64,000 nt of DNA from Sedimentisphaerales bacterium (GTDB lineage Bacteria; Planctomycetota; Phycisphaerae; Sedimentisphaerales; Anaerobacaceae), in NCBI GenBank assembly GCA_963708075.1, contig OY970194.1, positions 4,256,001 to 4,320,000 on the forward strand, given 5' to 3'. Shown here one piece after another: positions 1-13,060 of this stretch. Numbering within the stretch: position 1 is the first letter of the stretch; each line of letters opens with the position of its first letter. Made by a program: the position numbers and the translations under genes. The notes beneath the pieces are model-generated. The model had not been told where the DNA came from. It did not search any database and worked only from the letters and a program-made list of their open reading frames with translations.

Positions 1-10
1 ACGATTGGCA

Positions 11-2089
11 ATGGATAAGACTATGAACCAAGCCGACAATACACTCAGTCAGCTCGTCGAACAGGCGGCCTCGTGCGTCAATATGCTGACGCCTGCCGAC
101 CTGTCGGACGTGCAGACCCTTGCGACCATTCTTGACCAGATCGGCAATGCCGCCAGAGGGATGTGCCCCGGCCCCGGCGAGCTGCAACACAAGCTCGAGG
201 GAACGACCACAGAGGCGGCCTCGGTGTTGCGGCAGATCCTGCAACAGGACGTGCAGGACACGGCAAAGGCGCTGGATACCGTTTCCAAGGCGATCTGTGT
301 TCTTCAGGGTCTGGCTGTCCAGATGACCGCTGCGGCGCCGCACGAGCAGGCGGCCCCGGAGACCAAGGCGTTGACGATCTCTGCGGAAGATGCGCCGCTG
401 GTGCAGGATTTCGTTGCGGAGGCGAGCGAACACGTGGAAACGGCGGAATCGGCAATGCTGGAGCTGGAGAACCGCCCCGGGGACAACGAGCTGATCAACA
501 AAATCTTTCGGGCCTTTCATACCATCAAAGGCATGGCCGGTTTCCTGAATCTGACGGAGATCCAGTCCCTGGCTCATTCGGCGGAGAATCTGCTCGATCT
601 GGCTCGAAAGAACCAGTTGGTGCTCACCGGCGGCAACAGCGACGTCGTATTCAAATCCATCGATGCGCTCAAGAAGATGCTCGGCGGACTAAAGGAGGCA
701 TTGGAATCGAGCAAGGCGGTCGCTCCCTATGACGGCCTGCCGCAGTTGCTGGAAGAGCTCAAGGCCGCGGCGGAAGGCAGAGCGCCCTCCAGTCCGCAGG
801 CGGCGGCCAAAGCGAAGGAAACGGATCGCAAGCTCGATGCCATCCTGGAAGAGCCGTCGGATACCAGGAAAGCCGCTGCCGGGTCGGCGACGCATGCGGT
901 GGAGGACAAGATCAAGGTCGGCATCGCACGCCTGGACAAGCTGATCAATCTCGCGGGGGAACTGGTCATCGCACAACTGATGGTGGCCGAGGAGGTCCAC
1001 ACCGGCCAATCCTTTGAACATGAGCTGGCTCACAAGGTCACCCACCAGGGCAAGATCGTGCGGGAGCTTCAGGAACTGTCCATGTCCATGCGGATGGTGC
1101 CGATCCAGGGTGTGTTTCAGAAGATGACGCGACTGGCCCGCGACCTGTCGCACAAGGCGACAAAGCCCGTGGACTTCGTCACCAGCGGCGAGGAAACGGA
1201 GCTGGATCGCACCGTCGTGGACAGGATCTCCGATCCCCTGGTTCACATGGTGCGCAACGCCATCGATCACGGCATCGAGTTGCCCGAAGACCGCGTCAAG
1301 GCGGGCAAGAGTCCCACCGGACGCGTGGAGCTGCGTGCCTTCCATCAGGCGGGCAACATCATCATCGAGATGCAGGATGATGGAAAAGGGTTGGACAGGG
1401 AGCGAATTCGCAGGAAGGCTGTCGAACAGGGCCTGGTGGAGCCGGACCAGGAGCTGTCCGAGGAAGAGATCTTCAAGTTGATCTTCCATCCGGGCCTCTC
1501 GACGGCCCAGACCGTGACAGCGGTTTCCGGCCGGGGCGTCGGGATGGACGTCGTCAAGAAGAACATCGAGTCCCTGCGGGGCCGGATTGACATCCGATCG
1601 AAGGCCGGCCAGGGGACGACTTTTACAATCCGCCTGCCACTGACGTTGGCGGTCATCGACGGCCAGGTGGTGCGGGTCGGCGATGCCTGCTACATCATCC
1701 CGATCAATGCGATTGTGCGAAGCCTGCGTCCGGCGAGGGAGCAGGTCTCCACGGTGCAGGGTCGCGGCGAGATGGTGATGGAGCGAGGTCAGCTCATGCC
1801 GCTGATTCGCCTGTACAAGCTGTTTGGCGTCCGTCCATCGACGGAGGACCCCACGCAGGCTCTGATCGTCATTGTCGAGGGCGACGGCAGGAACTGCTGC
1901 TTGCTGGTGGACGATCTGCTGGCCCAGCAGCAGGTGGTCATCAAGAACCTCGGCGAGGCGATGGGCAGGACCCGAGGCGTCTCCGGCGGGGCCATTATGG
2001 GCGACGGTCTGGTGACTCTGATTCTGGATGTTCCGGGCCTCGTGCAGTTGGCCCAGGAACGGTACGCCTTGAAGGAATCCCAGGCATGA
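11..2089 (+). CDS. cheA: Chemotaxis histidine kinase CheA
   Basis: HPt motif IFRAFHTIKG, dimerization segment LDKLINLAGELVI, HATPase HMVRNAIDHGIE...GRGVGMDVV, C-terminal CheW-like domain. Start could be ATG 11 or 23. Confidence 0.96.
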   Translation: MDKTMNQADNTLSQLVEQAASCVNMLTPADLSDVQTLATILDQIGNAARGMCPGPGELQHKLEGTTTEAASVLRQILQQDVQDTAKALDTVSKAICVLQGLAVQMTAAAPHEQAAPETKALTISAEDAPLVQDFVAEASEHVETAESAMLELENRPGDNELINKIFRAFHTIKGMAGFLNLTEIQSLAHSAENLLDLARKNQLVLTGGNSDVVFKSIDALKKMLGGLKEALESSKAVAPYDGLPQLLEELKAAAEGRAPSSPQAAAKAKETDRKLDAILEEPSDTRKAAAGSATHAVEDKIKVGIARLDKLINLAGELVIAQLMVAEEVHTGQSFEHELAHKVTHQGKIVRELQELSMSMRMVPIQGVFQKMTRLARDLSHKATKPVDFVTSGEETELDRTVVDRISDPLVHMVRNAIDHGIELPEDRVKAGKSPTGRVELRAFHQAGNIIIEMQDDGKGLDRERIRRKAVEQGLVEPDQELSEEEIFKLIFHPGLSTAQTVTAVSGRGVGMDVVKKNIESLRGRIDIRSKAGQGTTFTIRLPLTLAVIDGQVVRVGDACYIIPINAIVRSLRPAREQVSTVQGRGEMVMERGQLMPLIRLYKLFGVRPSTEDPTQALIVIVEGDGRNCCLLVDDLLAQQQVVIKNLGEAMGRTRGVSGGAIMGDGLVTLILDVPGLVQLAQERYALKESQA

Positions 2090-2934
2090 CCTCGCTGGCG
2101 ATACGAGAGGCGGTCCTCGACGAGAAGGAATTCTGCCTGATCAGTGATCTGGTCTATGAGCACTGCGGGATCAACCTTCACGACGGCAAGAAAGAGCTTG
2201 TCCGCGCCCGGCTGGCCAAGCGGCTTCGCGAGGGTAATTTCCCTACATTTCACGAGTACCTGCGGCACGTGCTGGAAGACTCGACGGGCAGGGAACTGTC
2301 CGTCCTCACCGACTCATTGAGCACGAACCTGACGAAGTTCTTCCGCGAGGAGCAGCATTTCGAGTTTCTCAGGTCTCAACTGTTGCCCGGCCTCCTGAAC
2401 GCCAGGCAACGCCGCCGTGAATTCCGCATTCGCGCCTGGAGCGCCGGATGCTCCTCCGGGGAAGAACCCTACTCGATTGCGATTACGCTGCTGGAAGCCA
2501 TCGCGGGCAAAGGACACTGGGACGTCAAGATCCTGGCCACCGACGTCTCCACGCGCATGCTGGAGCGGGCCCGAAGGGGCGTCTACGACACGGAGCGCAT
2601 GGCGCCGATTCCGCCGCCGCTTCGGCACAAGTACCTCGTGCAGAGCCACGGGGATGAGAGCCGCGCGTATGAGGCGGCGGACTGCCTGCGCAATGTCGTG
2701 ATCTTTCAGTACCTCAATCTCATGAAGGACTGGCCGATCAAGACGACCCTGGATTTCATCTTCTGTCGCAACGTGATGATCTACTTCGACAAGCCCACGC
2801 AGGGCCGGCTGATCCAGCGGTTCTATGACCTGCTGGCCCCGGGAGGAGTCCTGTTCACAGGCCATTCCGAGTCCCTGACCGGCATCGAGCATAAGTTCCG
2901 TTATGTGCAGCCGACGATCTATACAAAGCCGTAG
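2086..2934 (+). CDS. cheR: Chemotaxis methyltransferase CheR
   Basis: STNLTKFFRE, RAWSAGCSSGEEPYS, DFIFCRNVMIYFD, GHSESL motifs; overlaps the cheA stop. Confidence 0.96.
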   Translation: MTSLAIREAVLDEKEFCLISDLVYEHCGINLHDGKKELVRARLAKRLREGNFPTFHEYLRHVLEDSTGRELSVLTDSLSTNLTKFFREEQHFEFLRSQLLPGLLNARQRRREFRIRAWSAGCSSGEEPYSIAITLLEAIAGKGHWDVKILATDVSTRMLERARRGVYDTERMAPIPPPLRHKYLVQSHGDESRAYEAADCLRNVVIFQYLNLMKDWPIKTTLDFIFCRNVMIYFDKPTQGRLIQRFYDLLAPGGVLFTGHSESLTGIEHKFRYVQPTIYTKP

Positions 2935-2937
2935 AGG

Positions 2938-4571
<1,634 letters not shown>

Positions 4572-4642
4572 AGTGCTCGGTCAAGCCGCCCATGTCCGCC
4601 ACGGCTTCGTATGCCTGCTGAAGGCCCCGTCACGCCTCGGCC

Positions 4643-4721
4643 GGGTGCCGTGTCTACGCTTGCGCAGACATGTCCTACTCGATAGACAAGGCATGCTTAC
4701 GCTCGCGTAAGCATGGCACCC
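4643..4721. repeat. Palindromic REP/MITE-like element (GGTGCC...GGCACC family), copy 1
   Basis: Contains the palindrome atgcttacgctcgcgtaagcat; reverse complement of the copies near 36645 and 59573. Confidence 0.85.
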
Positions 4722-5174
4722 GAACCGTCCCATTTCTTCCCGACACCAGCCGCGAAGCGACGCAATGACTCGGCACAGAAAGGACGATCGCTCCTTCTCC
4801 GAATGTCGTAACCGCTCGGCCGGACAATTTCCTTGGCTACAATAGCGAATGGCTAATTCACTGCATTGGGCCGCCGGCCGACAGAAAGCGTATGGTTGCA
4901 TCGCTGGTGTGAATCCACTGCCATGTGGTTTTCAGGTGATGCTAACGATGCTTTTGGCCCTGGGAATGGTGCTGTAAGTGGACCATGTGGATAGACAGTG
5001 ATGCCTGTTCACGGCCCGTTGACCTGATTCCACAGCACCATTCCCTCCTTTGAACGTGCGGCAGACAACATGAGGCACGGCCTGAGAATCCAATGGCCTG
5101 ATATCTCCAGCCGACTGACGTTGAGAGAGGTGCCTTTCAAGGAACTCATAAGGCGGTAGATGCGAGAGAACATC

Positions 5175-5672
5175 ATGGTAAGTGATAACAGCAAGCTGAC
5201 GGAAAGTAATATCCCTTCGACGCAGGAGGCCTGGCGCCGGCAACAGGAGTTTGCAGGGAGTCTGATTGACGCTGTGCACGCCGTTGTGCTGCTGGACACA
5301 CAGGGCCGGGTTATCCAATTCAACCGCTGCATGGAGGAGACATCCGGCTACAGGCTCGACGAGATGCGAGGAAGGGACTGGTTCGCCGCCTTCGTACCCC
5401 AATGCGATCACACGCGCGCTCGCGCCATATTCGCCAGGGCCATCGAGGGTGCTCACATCCACAGTAACATCAGCACGATCGTCACCAGGGACGGACGGGA
5501 TCGCTACATCCGGTGGTTCGATAGCGCGCTTCGCGACGGCAATCACAAAGTGACCCACCTGCTCAAAATAGGGTATGACGTCACCGGTCTGCGGCAGGCA
5601 GAAGACTGGAAGAACGTGCAGGAGCAACTGGTGGCGTTGGAGCAAAAATGCTGCGAGGATCTCGCCAAGTAA
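5175..5672 (+). CDS. Single PAS/PAC domain protein
   Basis: VVLLDTQGRVIQFNRCMEETSGY...GRDWF...IVTRDG...IGYDVT; no output domain. Start 5160 or 5175. Confidence 0.75.
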   Translation: MVSDNSKLTESNIPSTQEAWRRQQEFAGSLIDAVHAVVLLDTQGRVIQFNRCMEETSGYRLDEMRGRDWFAAFVPQCDHTRARAIFARAIEGAHIHSNISTIVTRDGRDRYIRWFDSALRDGNHKVTHLLKIGYDVTGLRQAEDWKNVQEQLVALEQKCCEDLAK

Positions 5673-5727
5673 GCCGGGGTTCCGGCGAAAACCACACCGG
5701 TAAGCCGGATCGCTGAAAGAAAGCAAA

Positions 5728-5759
5728 CGGGGCCTGCACCATGGTGGGCACAGGCCCCG
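5728..5759 (-). terminator. Probable intrinsic terminator of array gene 1
   Basis: Stem cggggcctg/caggccccg followed by a T-rich tract on the minus strand. Confidence 0.6.
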
Positions 5760-5793
5760 AATTCTACGTGACAGCCGGCAACGGTCGGTCGTC

Positions 5794-8700
5794 TTACTTG
5801 GTGGCCAAGACTTTCACCTCAGCGGCGGTCAACGCCTGATTATACAACCAGACGTCATCGATGGCGCCGTTGAATGGGTTGCCACCGTTGGAATCACAGC
5901 AGCCGATGTGCATCGAGGCGTCCTTGTTGGAGCCGAACGAGAAGGCGCCTGAGCCGGTCTGAGCGCCGTTGACATAGAACCATGCGGTCGCCCCATCAAA
6001 GGTGACGGCCACATGAGCCCACTCATTCACCGGCAGGATGGGGTTGCCACCGACTGAAGAGCCGCCGTTTCGCGCGAACGTCAAGGCACCCGCCGCGTTG
6101 TTCGCCTCGATCTGCCACATCATCTGGGCCGGATCCCACCAGTTCCTCTTGGCCATCAGGCCCTGATACAGACCGGTCGGACCTTTCCAGTTGGCCCACA
6201 GCGAGACCGACAGCTTGCCCGTCAAGGCCGACGGGTTGAAGGTCCCCAGATCGACAAAGGGGCCCACAGCTCCGCTGAACTGGACGGCCTGGCCCTTTGC
6301 CCCGGCTACGAAGGTCGGACCACCAACCAGCGTCCCGTCAAAGCCGTTGCCCGAGCCATCCTTCGCATCGTTCTCGAAGGCATAGTGAGCGACCAGTGGC
6401 GGAATGGGGACGCCGTACTGAATGTCGTCGATGTAGATCCTTCCGGCCGCACCCGCCTTCGGACTGCTGCGGCTGCCGATGCCAATCGTCATCTTCTTGA
6501 TGGCCGCGGCATTCACGCCAAGGTCGCTGAGCGGGATACGCCACTGCGTCCAATCAGCCGAACACGTGGCCTTGGGATCGGGATGAACGATCGTCTTCGA
6601 CTTGTTCGTGCTGTCCACGAGCGTCAGGTACAAGGTATCGGGACCATTGGCGGGTTGAGCGACGCTGATATCGGCCGTCTGCCACTGACCCGTGACGGTG
6701 CCGGTGGTCTTGATCTGGGAGAAGTCAGCTATCGCCAGATTGCCTGCCGAGTTGCTGCAGACCACCATGCCGAGGTAGACGCTGGCGGGCATGACGAGTG
6801 TAATTGAGGACGCCGTGCCATCCGTCGCCGTGATCTTCGTCCAGGCCGTTCCATTCGCCGAGTACTCCCCGGTGAACACGTTGCCCACACGCGTGATTCG
6901 CAGCCACACGGGCAGCGGATTGGAATTCGCCGCCGTGGCGAGCGCCGTGGTGGTCGTGCTGGCCATGATGCTGCGGTACATCCACTCCACGAGGCTCTGC
7001 CGCGCGGCGCTGATCATGTGGACCTGCATGGCCAGCGGCTCCAGGCTGTCCCGGATCATCACGCCGGACTTCGTCCAGTCGGTGAGTGTCTGGACGCTGT
7101 CGACCCGCACCGTGATCGAGCCGTCGCCGCTGAGCTTCTTATAGGCGAAGCGGAATTCGTCGGTGCCCTGGTAGATATCCGCGCCGGAGCCGCTGAGGGT
7201 GATGCCCGAAGCCGTCTCAAGGAAGGCCGCCGGGCTGCCCCGGAACCACAGGCTGAAATCAGTGGCGCCGTGGGTCGTCCAGTTCTGAGGCGTTGACCAG
7301 GTCCGATCGACCTCCGAGTAGTACGGAGTATTGACGTTGTTGTACTCGACAGGCATGGCCTTGCCGCCGCCGTGGACAATGGAGGTTTCCATGATGTCGC
7401 CCAGGGCGGGGTCATAGCCGACCATCGAGCTAGTGGCGTTGCCCGGATCGCCATTCGGGAAGAAGTCATCCGTCGAGAAGCCCCAGCCGTCGATCCAGGT
7501 CTGGAAGACGCGGTTCGGAGAATCGTTGGTGTAGCTCTCGAAGTTGTCGATATCACCGTATTCGGTAGTGACGAAGCTCCACAGGTTGCCCGCCCAATCG
7601 CTGGCGGGAGCCGTGTTCACTTCGTCCACTCTCCAGTAGTACAACTTGCCAAAGTCCAGCGACGGCGGCTGATAGGAGTTGTCAGTGGTCGTGTCCACCA
7701 GGGCCGTGCCATCGACGACCTTGGCCTTATCCGTGCTAAAATAGACTTTGTGCGATGCGACTTGCCGGCCGTTTCGCCAGTCGAATCCGGCATTCACGGA
7801 TACGCCTGTGCTATCCACAGCGGGACTGGGCTGTCGGGCCTGGACGGGAATGTACTGGAAGCGGACCTCGCTCAAGCCGGCCTGCTTGAAGAAGCTGCCC
7901 CAGGCGCTGTTGATCGTGAGCCGGATGAACTTCGCGTACACGCTGTGCATATCGACAGTGAACCCGGCGTATGTATCTGAGCCGTCGGCCCGCGGAAACT
8001 CCACGCTGTCCAAAGCGGTCCAGGCCGTGCCGTCCAGCGAGTACTCGATCAGGACATCCTTGGCGCCCCAGCCGACGAGCGTTTCCATCTTCTGGTTCTG
8101 GTTCCACACCTTCATCTGCTGGATCACGTACGGCTGATCGAACGCATACTGGATCCAGGCCGGGAACTGGTTGATCGCGCAGAGCCACATATCCGTATCC
8201 ACGTTCGAGTGTGTGCTACCGTCGGCGGCGAGGCCCGAGCCATTGACGGTCTTGGCCGCCGTGTAGCCCTGGGTCGTGCTCTCCGAACTGGCGGTGGCAG
8301 TCACTCCGGTGAGCGTATAAGCATAAGGCTCGACAGTAAAGCTCCACACGTCGCCCTTGAAGACCGTATTGGTCGGTGGAGCATTGACTTCATCGACTCG
8401 CCAGTAGTAGGTTTTGCCATAATCCAGCAGGCTGGCCGGCGTGAAGGTCGTTCCTGTCTGGCCCTTGCTGACCGCCGTGGCGATATCGGCCTTATTGACA
8501 TCCTCAAAGCCGGCGCCCAGATATACGTTGTGCGTGTTGGCGAACGGACCCGCCTTCCAGCTCAGGATCGGATCGCGCGGGATATCCGTGGCGTTGTTCT
8601 CCGGCGCCGGCTTCACGGCACTGAGCTTGTCCTTTGTCACCGTGGGGACATAGTCGCCTTCATACCACTTGGCGTCATCCATCCAGAACTCCTGCGCGGT

Positions 8701-9228
8701 ATAAGCGACGTGGATGGTGATGTGCGCCGGAGTCACGTCCGCCGCGATCACGGGGGTCGTGAGGTGATATTCCACCCATTTATCGGTCATGGTGAACGCC
8801 GTACCGCCGTATCCGGTATAAGGATCCTGGGACAGTTCCGGCGAGACGAAGACCTGCGCGGTGCCGCTCTTGCTCTTGAGGAAGATCGAAAACGTGTATT
8901 TCTTGCCTTTCTGGAAAATGGTTCCCGGAGGCGTTGCCATGGGCGCCTGCACAGCGGCATCCCAGCGGTTGGCGCCTGCTCCGGAGACCTTTATGTTGAG
9001 GCAATACGTCCCCTCGATCGGTCCTTGGGGAACCGCAGCGCCGGCACAGTCCTTCACCACGGTGTACGTCGCGAGCCCGCCGTAGTTGCCCCACGGCGTG
9101 AGGGCCCCGGTTCCAAAGCCGCTGTTGTTGGTCAGAAGGTTCGTGGGCACCTGGGCCTGGCTCGGCGGACTGAATCCCAGGAGTACGATCGTCAATGCCG
9201 CAGTCAACCACACTGTTCGAACTCTCAT
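5794..9228 (-). CDS. Secreted multidomain protein, array gene 1 (signal peptide, CBM4/9-like, Fn3-like YYWRVDEV modules, F5/8-type discoidin, DUF1349-like insert, C-terminal LamG)
   Basis: RBS AAGGAGAGG before ATG 9228; signal MRVRTVWLTAALTIVLLG; NLLTNxGF...FWMDD; YYWRVDEV twice; GLSEVRF; WAHVAVTFDG...FNGAIDDVWLYN. Confidence 0.85.
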   Translation of the reverse strand: MRVRTVWLTAALTIVLLGFSPPSQAQVPTNLLTNNSGFGTGALTPWGNYGGLATYTVVKDCAGAAVPQGPIEGTYCLNIKVSGAGANRWDAAVQAPMATPPGTIFQKGKKYTFSIFLKSKSGTAQVFVSPELSQDPYTGYGGTAFTMTDKWVEYHLTTPVIAADVTPAHITIHVAYTAQEFWMDDAKWYEGDYVPTVTKDKLSAVKPAPENNATDIPRDPILSWKAGPFANTHNVYLGAGFEDVNKADIATAVSKGQTGTTFTPASLLDYGKTYYWRVDEVNAPPTNTVFKGDVWSFTVEPYAYTLTGVTATASSESTTQGYTAAKTVNGSGLAADGSTHSNVDTDMWLCAINQFPAWIQYAFDQPYVIQQMKVWNQNQKMETLVGWGAKDVLIEYSLDGTAWTALDSVEFPRADGSDTYAGFTVDMHSVYAKFIRLTINSAWGSFFKQAGLSEVRFQYIPVQARQPSPAVDSTGVSVNAGFDWRNGRQVASHKVYFSTDKAKVVDGTALVDTTTDNSYQPPSLDFGKLYYWRVDEVNTAPASDWAGNLWSFVTTEYGDIDNFESYTNDSPNRVFQTWIDGWGFSTDDFFPNGDPGNATSSMVGYDPALGDIMETSIVHGGGKAMPVEYNNVNTPYYSEVDRTWSTPQNWTTHGATDFSLWFRGSPAAFLETASGITLSGSGADIYQGTDEFRFAYKKLSGDGSITVRVDSVQTLTDWTKSGVMIRDSLEPLAMQVHMISAARQSLVEWMYRSIMASTTTTALATAANSNPLPVWLRITRVGNVFTGEYSANGTAWTKITATDGTASSITLVMPASVYLGMVVCSNSAGNLAIADFSQIKTTGTVTGQWQTADISVAQPANGPDTLYLTLVDSTNKSKTIVHPDPKATCSADWTQWRIPLSDLGVNAAAIKKMTIGIGSRSSPKAGAAGRIYIDDIQYGVPIPPLVAHYAFENDAKDGSGNGFDGTLVGGPTFVAGAKGQAVQFSGAVGPFVDLGTFNPSALTGKLSVSLWANWKGPTGLYQGLMAKRNWWDPAQMMWQIEANNAAGALTFARNGGSSVGGNPILPVNEWAHVAVTFDGATAWFYVNGAQTGSGAFSFGSNKDASMHIGCCDSNGGNPFNGAIDDVWLYNQALTAAEVKVLATK

Positions 9229-9250
9229 AGTACACCTCTCCTTACATTCA

Positions 9251-9330
9251 GTCGCTCTGCGACCTAACCCGGTTGGTTTTCGCTCGTCTCCTACGCTCTT
9301 CCAGGAACCGCCCGGAGTCGGCACTCTCAC
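9251..9330 (-). promoter_or_regulatory. Conserved leader motif, copy 1
   Basis: Homologous to 12874-12945, 16672-16740 and 20388-20467; hairpin TCCGGG-CGGTT-CCTGGA and palindrome GTCGC-AGA-GCGAC. Confidence 0.6.
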
Positions 9331-9342
9331 GGTAGAAAAACA

Positions 9343-9375
9343 TCGGGGCCCGTATCAAAGAGGTACGGGCCCCGA
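9343..9375 (-). terminator. Probable intrinsic terminator of array gene 2
   Basis: Stem tcggggcccgta/tacgggccccga followed by TGTTTTTCT on the minus strand. Confidence 0.7.
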
Positions 9376-9450
9376 ACTGTACATGCCAGCCGATTCGTAC
9401 GGCTGTCCGGTCGCCTGAACTGAGGGGTAACTCAGCCGGCAACGGTCCTC

Positions 9451-12400
9451 TTACTTGGCAGCCAAGGTCTTAACCTCAGCAGCGGTCAGAGCCCTGTTGT
9501 ATAGCCAGACCTCGTCGATGGCGCCGTTGAACGGGTTGCCACCGCTGGAATCACAGCAGCCGATGTGCATCGTGGCCTCCTTGTTGGAGCCGAACGAGAA
9601 GGCGCCGGAGCCCGTCTGGGTACCGTTGACGTAGAACCGTGCAGTCGCCCCATCGAAGCTGACGGCCACATGGGCCCACTCGTTCACCGGCAGGATCGTG
9701 CCGTTGGCCGAACCACTGCCATTTCGGGCGAACGTCAAGGCGCCTGCCGCGTTGTTCGCTTCGATCTGCCACATCATCTGGGCCGGATCCCACCAGTTTC
9801 TCTTGGCCATCAGGCCCTGATACAGACCGGTCGGACCCTTCCAGTTCGCCCACAGCGAGAACCGACAGCTTGCCCGTCAAGGCCGACGGGTTGAAGGTCC
9901 CCAGATCGACAAACGGACCTACCGCTCCGGTGAACTGGACGGCCTGGCCCTTTGCCCCGGCCACGAAGGTCGGACCACCGACCAGAGTACCGTCAAAGCC
10001 GTTGCCCGAGCTGTCCTTCGCATCGTTCTCGAAGGCATAGTGGGCGACCAGATCAGCAATGGGGGTGCCGTACTGGATGTCATCGATGAAGATCTTTCCA
10101 GCCGCACCCGCCTTCGGGCTGCTGCGGCTGCCGATCCCGATCGTCATCTTCTTGATGGCCGCGGCATTCACGCCAAGGTCCTTGAGCGGAATACGCCACT
10201 GGGTCCAATCACCCACGCAAGTGGCCTTCGGGTCGGGATGAACGATCGTCTTCGACTTGTTCGCGCTGTCCACGAGCGTCAGGTACAATGTGTCAGGCGT
10301 GTTGGCGGGTTGAGGGACCCCGACATCGGCTGCCTGCCACGCACCCGTGATGGTGCCGGTGGTCTTGATCTGGGAGAAGTCTGCCACGGCAAGGTTCCCT
10401 GCCGACTGGCTGCAGACCACCATACCCACATAGACGCTGGCGGGCATGGTGATCGTCGTCGAGGACGCCGTGCCGTCGGTTGCCGTAAGCTTCGTCCATG
10501 TCGTTCCATTCGCCGAGCACTCGCCTGTGAACACATTGCCCACACGCGTGATCCGCAGCCACAATGGCAGTGGATTGGAATTCGCCGTGGTGTTGAACGC
10601 CGTAGTGGTTGCGCTGCCCGAGGCGCTGCGGTACATCCACTCCGCCAGGCTCTGCTGTGCGGCGCTGATCATGTGGACCTGCATGGCCAGCGGGTCCAGG
10701 CTCTCACGGATCATCACACCGGCCTTCGTCCAACTGGCGGCGGTTTGAACGCTGTCAACTCGGACGGTGATCGAGCCATCGCCGCTGAGCTTCTTGTAGG
10801 CATAGCGGAACTCCGCAGTCCCCATGTAGATGTCCGCCCCGGCGCCACTGAGGGTGGCGCCTGATGCGGTTTCCACAAAGGCCGCCGGACTGCCCCGGAA
10901 CCACAGGCTCAGATCGGTGGCGCCGTTAGCCGTCCAGTTCTGAGGTGTTGACCAGGTCCGATCGACCTCGGAGTAATACGGACTATTGATGTTGTTGTAA
11001 TCCACGGGCATGGACTGCGTGCCGCCGTGGGTGATGGAAGTCTCCATGATCAGGCCCACCGCGGGGTCATAGCCGACCATCGAGCTTGTGGCGTTGCCCG
11101 GATCGCCGTTCGGGAAGAACTCATCCTTCGAGAAGCCCCAGCCGTCGATCCAGGTCTGGAAGACGCGGTTCGGCGAATCATTGGTATAGCTCTCGAAATC
11201 ATCGATAGCCGCCCATTCGGTGGTGACGAAGCTCCACAGGTTACCCGCCCAATCGCTGGCGGGAGCCGTGTTCACTTCGTCCACTCTCCAGTAGTACAAC
11301 TTGCCGAAGTCCAGAGACGGCGGCTGATAGGAGGTGTCCGTGGTCGTGTCGACCAGAGCTGTGCCATCGACGACCTTGGCTTTATCCGTGTTAAAATAGA
11401 CCTTGTGAGATGCGGCCGTTCGCCCTTCTCGCCAATCGAACCCGGTGTCCAGCGCCACGCCTACGCTATCCAAGGCCGGACTGGGCTGTCGGGCCTGCAC
11501 GGGGATGTACTGGAAGCGGACCTCGCTCAGGCCGGCCTGCTTGAAGAAGATGCCATAGGCGCTGTTGATCGTCAGCCGGACGAACTTCGCCTGCACGCTG
11601 TGCATGTCGACGTCGAACCCGGCGTAGGTATCCGAACCATCGGCCTGCGGGAATACCACGCTGTCCAAGGCGGTCCAGGCTGTCCCATCCAGCGAGTACT
11701 CGATCAGAACGTCCTTGGCGCCCCAGCCGATGGCCACTTCCATCTTCTGGTTCTGGTTCCACACCTTCATCTGCTGGATCACGTACGGCTGATCAAATGC
11801 ATACTGGATCCAGGCCGGGAACTGGTTGATCGCGCAGAGCCACATATCCACATCCACGCTCGAGTGCACGCCGTTGGTGGAACCCGAGCCATTGGTGGTC
11901 TTCTCCGGACCCATGTTTGCCGTCGAGGAGCTGGCCGTGGCTGTTACGCTCGTGACCGTATAGGTGTAGGGCTCTGCGGTGAAGCTCCAGACTTTGCCCT
12001 TGAAGACGGAAGAATCCGGCGGAGCGTTGACTTCATCGACTCGCCAGTAGTACGTCTTGCCATATTCGAGCAGGCCGGCGGGGTCGAAGCTGGTCTCCTT
12101 CTGGCCCTTGCTGACCGCCTTGGCGACATCGGCGTTGTTGACATCGTCAAAGCTGGTGCCAAAAAAGACATTGTGAGTATCCGCAAACGGGCCCGGGTTC
12201 CAGCTCAGGATGGTGTCACGGGGCACATCCGTGGCGTCCGCCTGTGGACTGGGCTCGTCAGCCGAGAATCGCTTCAGGAAGGCCGGCGGGGCATAGTCGC
12301 CTTCATACCATCGTATGGCATCCACCCAGAATTCCGCCTTGGCAAAACCAATGTGGAGTGCTAAGTCCGCGGGTGACACGTCCTCGGTGAAAACCGGAGT

Positions 12401-12850
12401 TGTGACGCTGTATTCCGCCCATGTGTCGGTCATGGTGACCTGCGTTTCACTGTATCCCGTCCACGGGTCTGCTCCATGTTCCGGCTTGAGGTTCATCGTC
12501 GCGGTCCCGCTCTTGCTCTTGAGCCATACGGAAAGAGTGTACTTCTTGCCTTTTTGGAAGACTGCAACCCCCCGGCCCAGGGAGGTCTCCCACCAATTTG
12601 GCGTTGCGTTGGGAACCGTCACATGCAGGCAGTACTTTCCCTCAATCGGACCTTCGGGGACCGCCGCGCCGACGCATTGGGTCACCACTTCACTGGTGGA
12701 GGGCGTCCCTACCCACCACGGGGCAAGAACACCGTCCTCAAAGCCGCCATTGGTCAGAAGATTTGGGGGCTCTTGTTGCGCGAGACATGGGGCCAACCCC
12801 ATGAGCCCGATCAACAAAGCCGCAGTCAACCACACTGCATAACTTCTCAT
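9451..12850 (-). CDS. Secreted multidomain protein, array gene 2 (same architecture as gene 1); +1 frameshift at ~9860
   Basis: ORFs 9551..12871 and 9451..9810 join if one A is removed from GAGAACC (9857-9863); gene 1 has GAGACC at 6203-6208. Confidence 0.85.
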
Positions 12851-12873
12851 AGTGCTGTTCTCCTTCACCATCA

Positions 12874-12945
12874 GTCGCTTTGCGACTTAACCCAATTGAT
12901 TCTCACTCGTCCACCCACAGTCTCCCAGGAACCACCCGGAATCAT
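12874..12945 (-). promoter_or_regulatory. Conserved leader motif, copy 2
   Basis: TTCCGGG-TGGTT-CCTGGGA hairpin and GTCGC-AAA-GCGAC. Confidence 0.6.
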
Positions 12946-13060
12946 CACACGACACATACATCACTGCGAAAGCCTTGCCGCCGCCACTTGCGTCGGTACT
13001 CCCGCAGGTTCACGTGAGATCAATCACTGTTCTATCACCAGTCCGTCGGCACCGGCCGCA

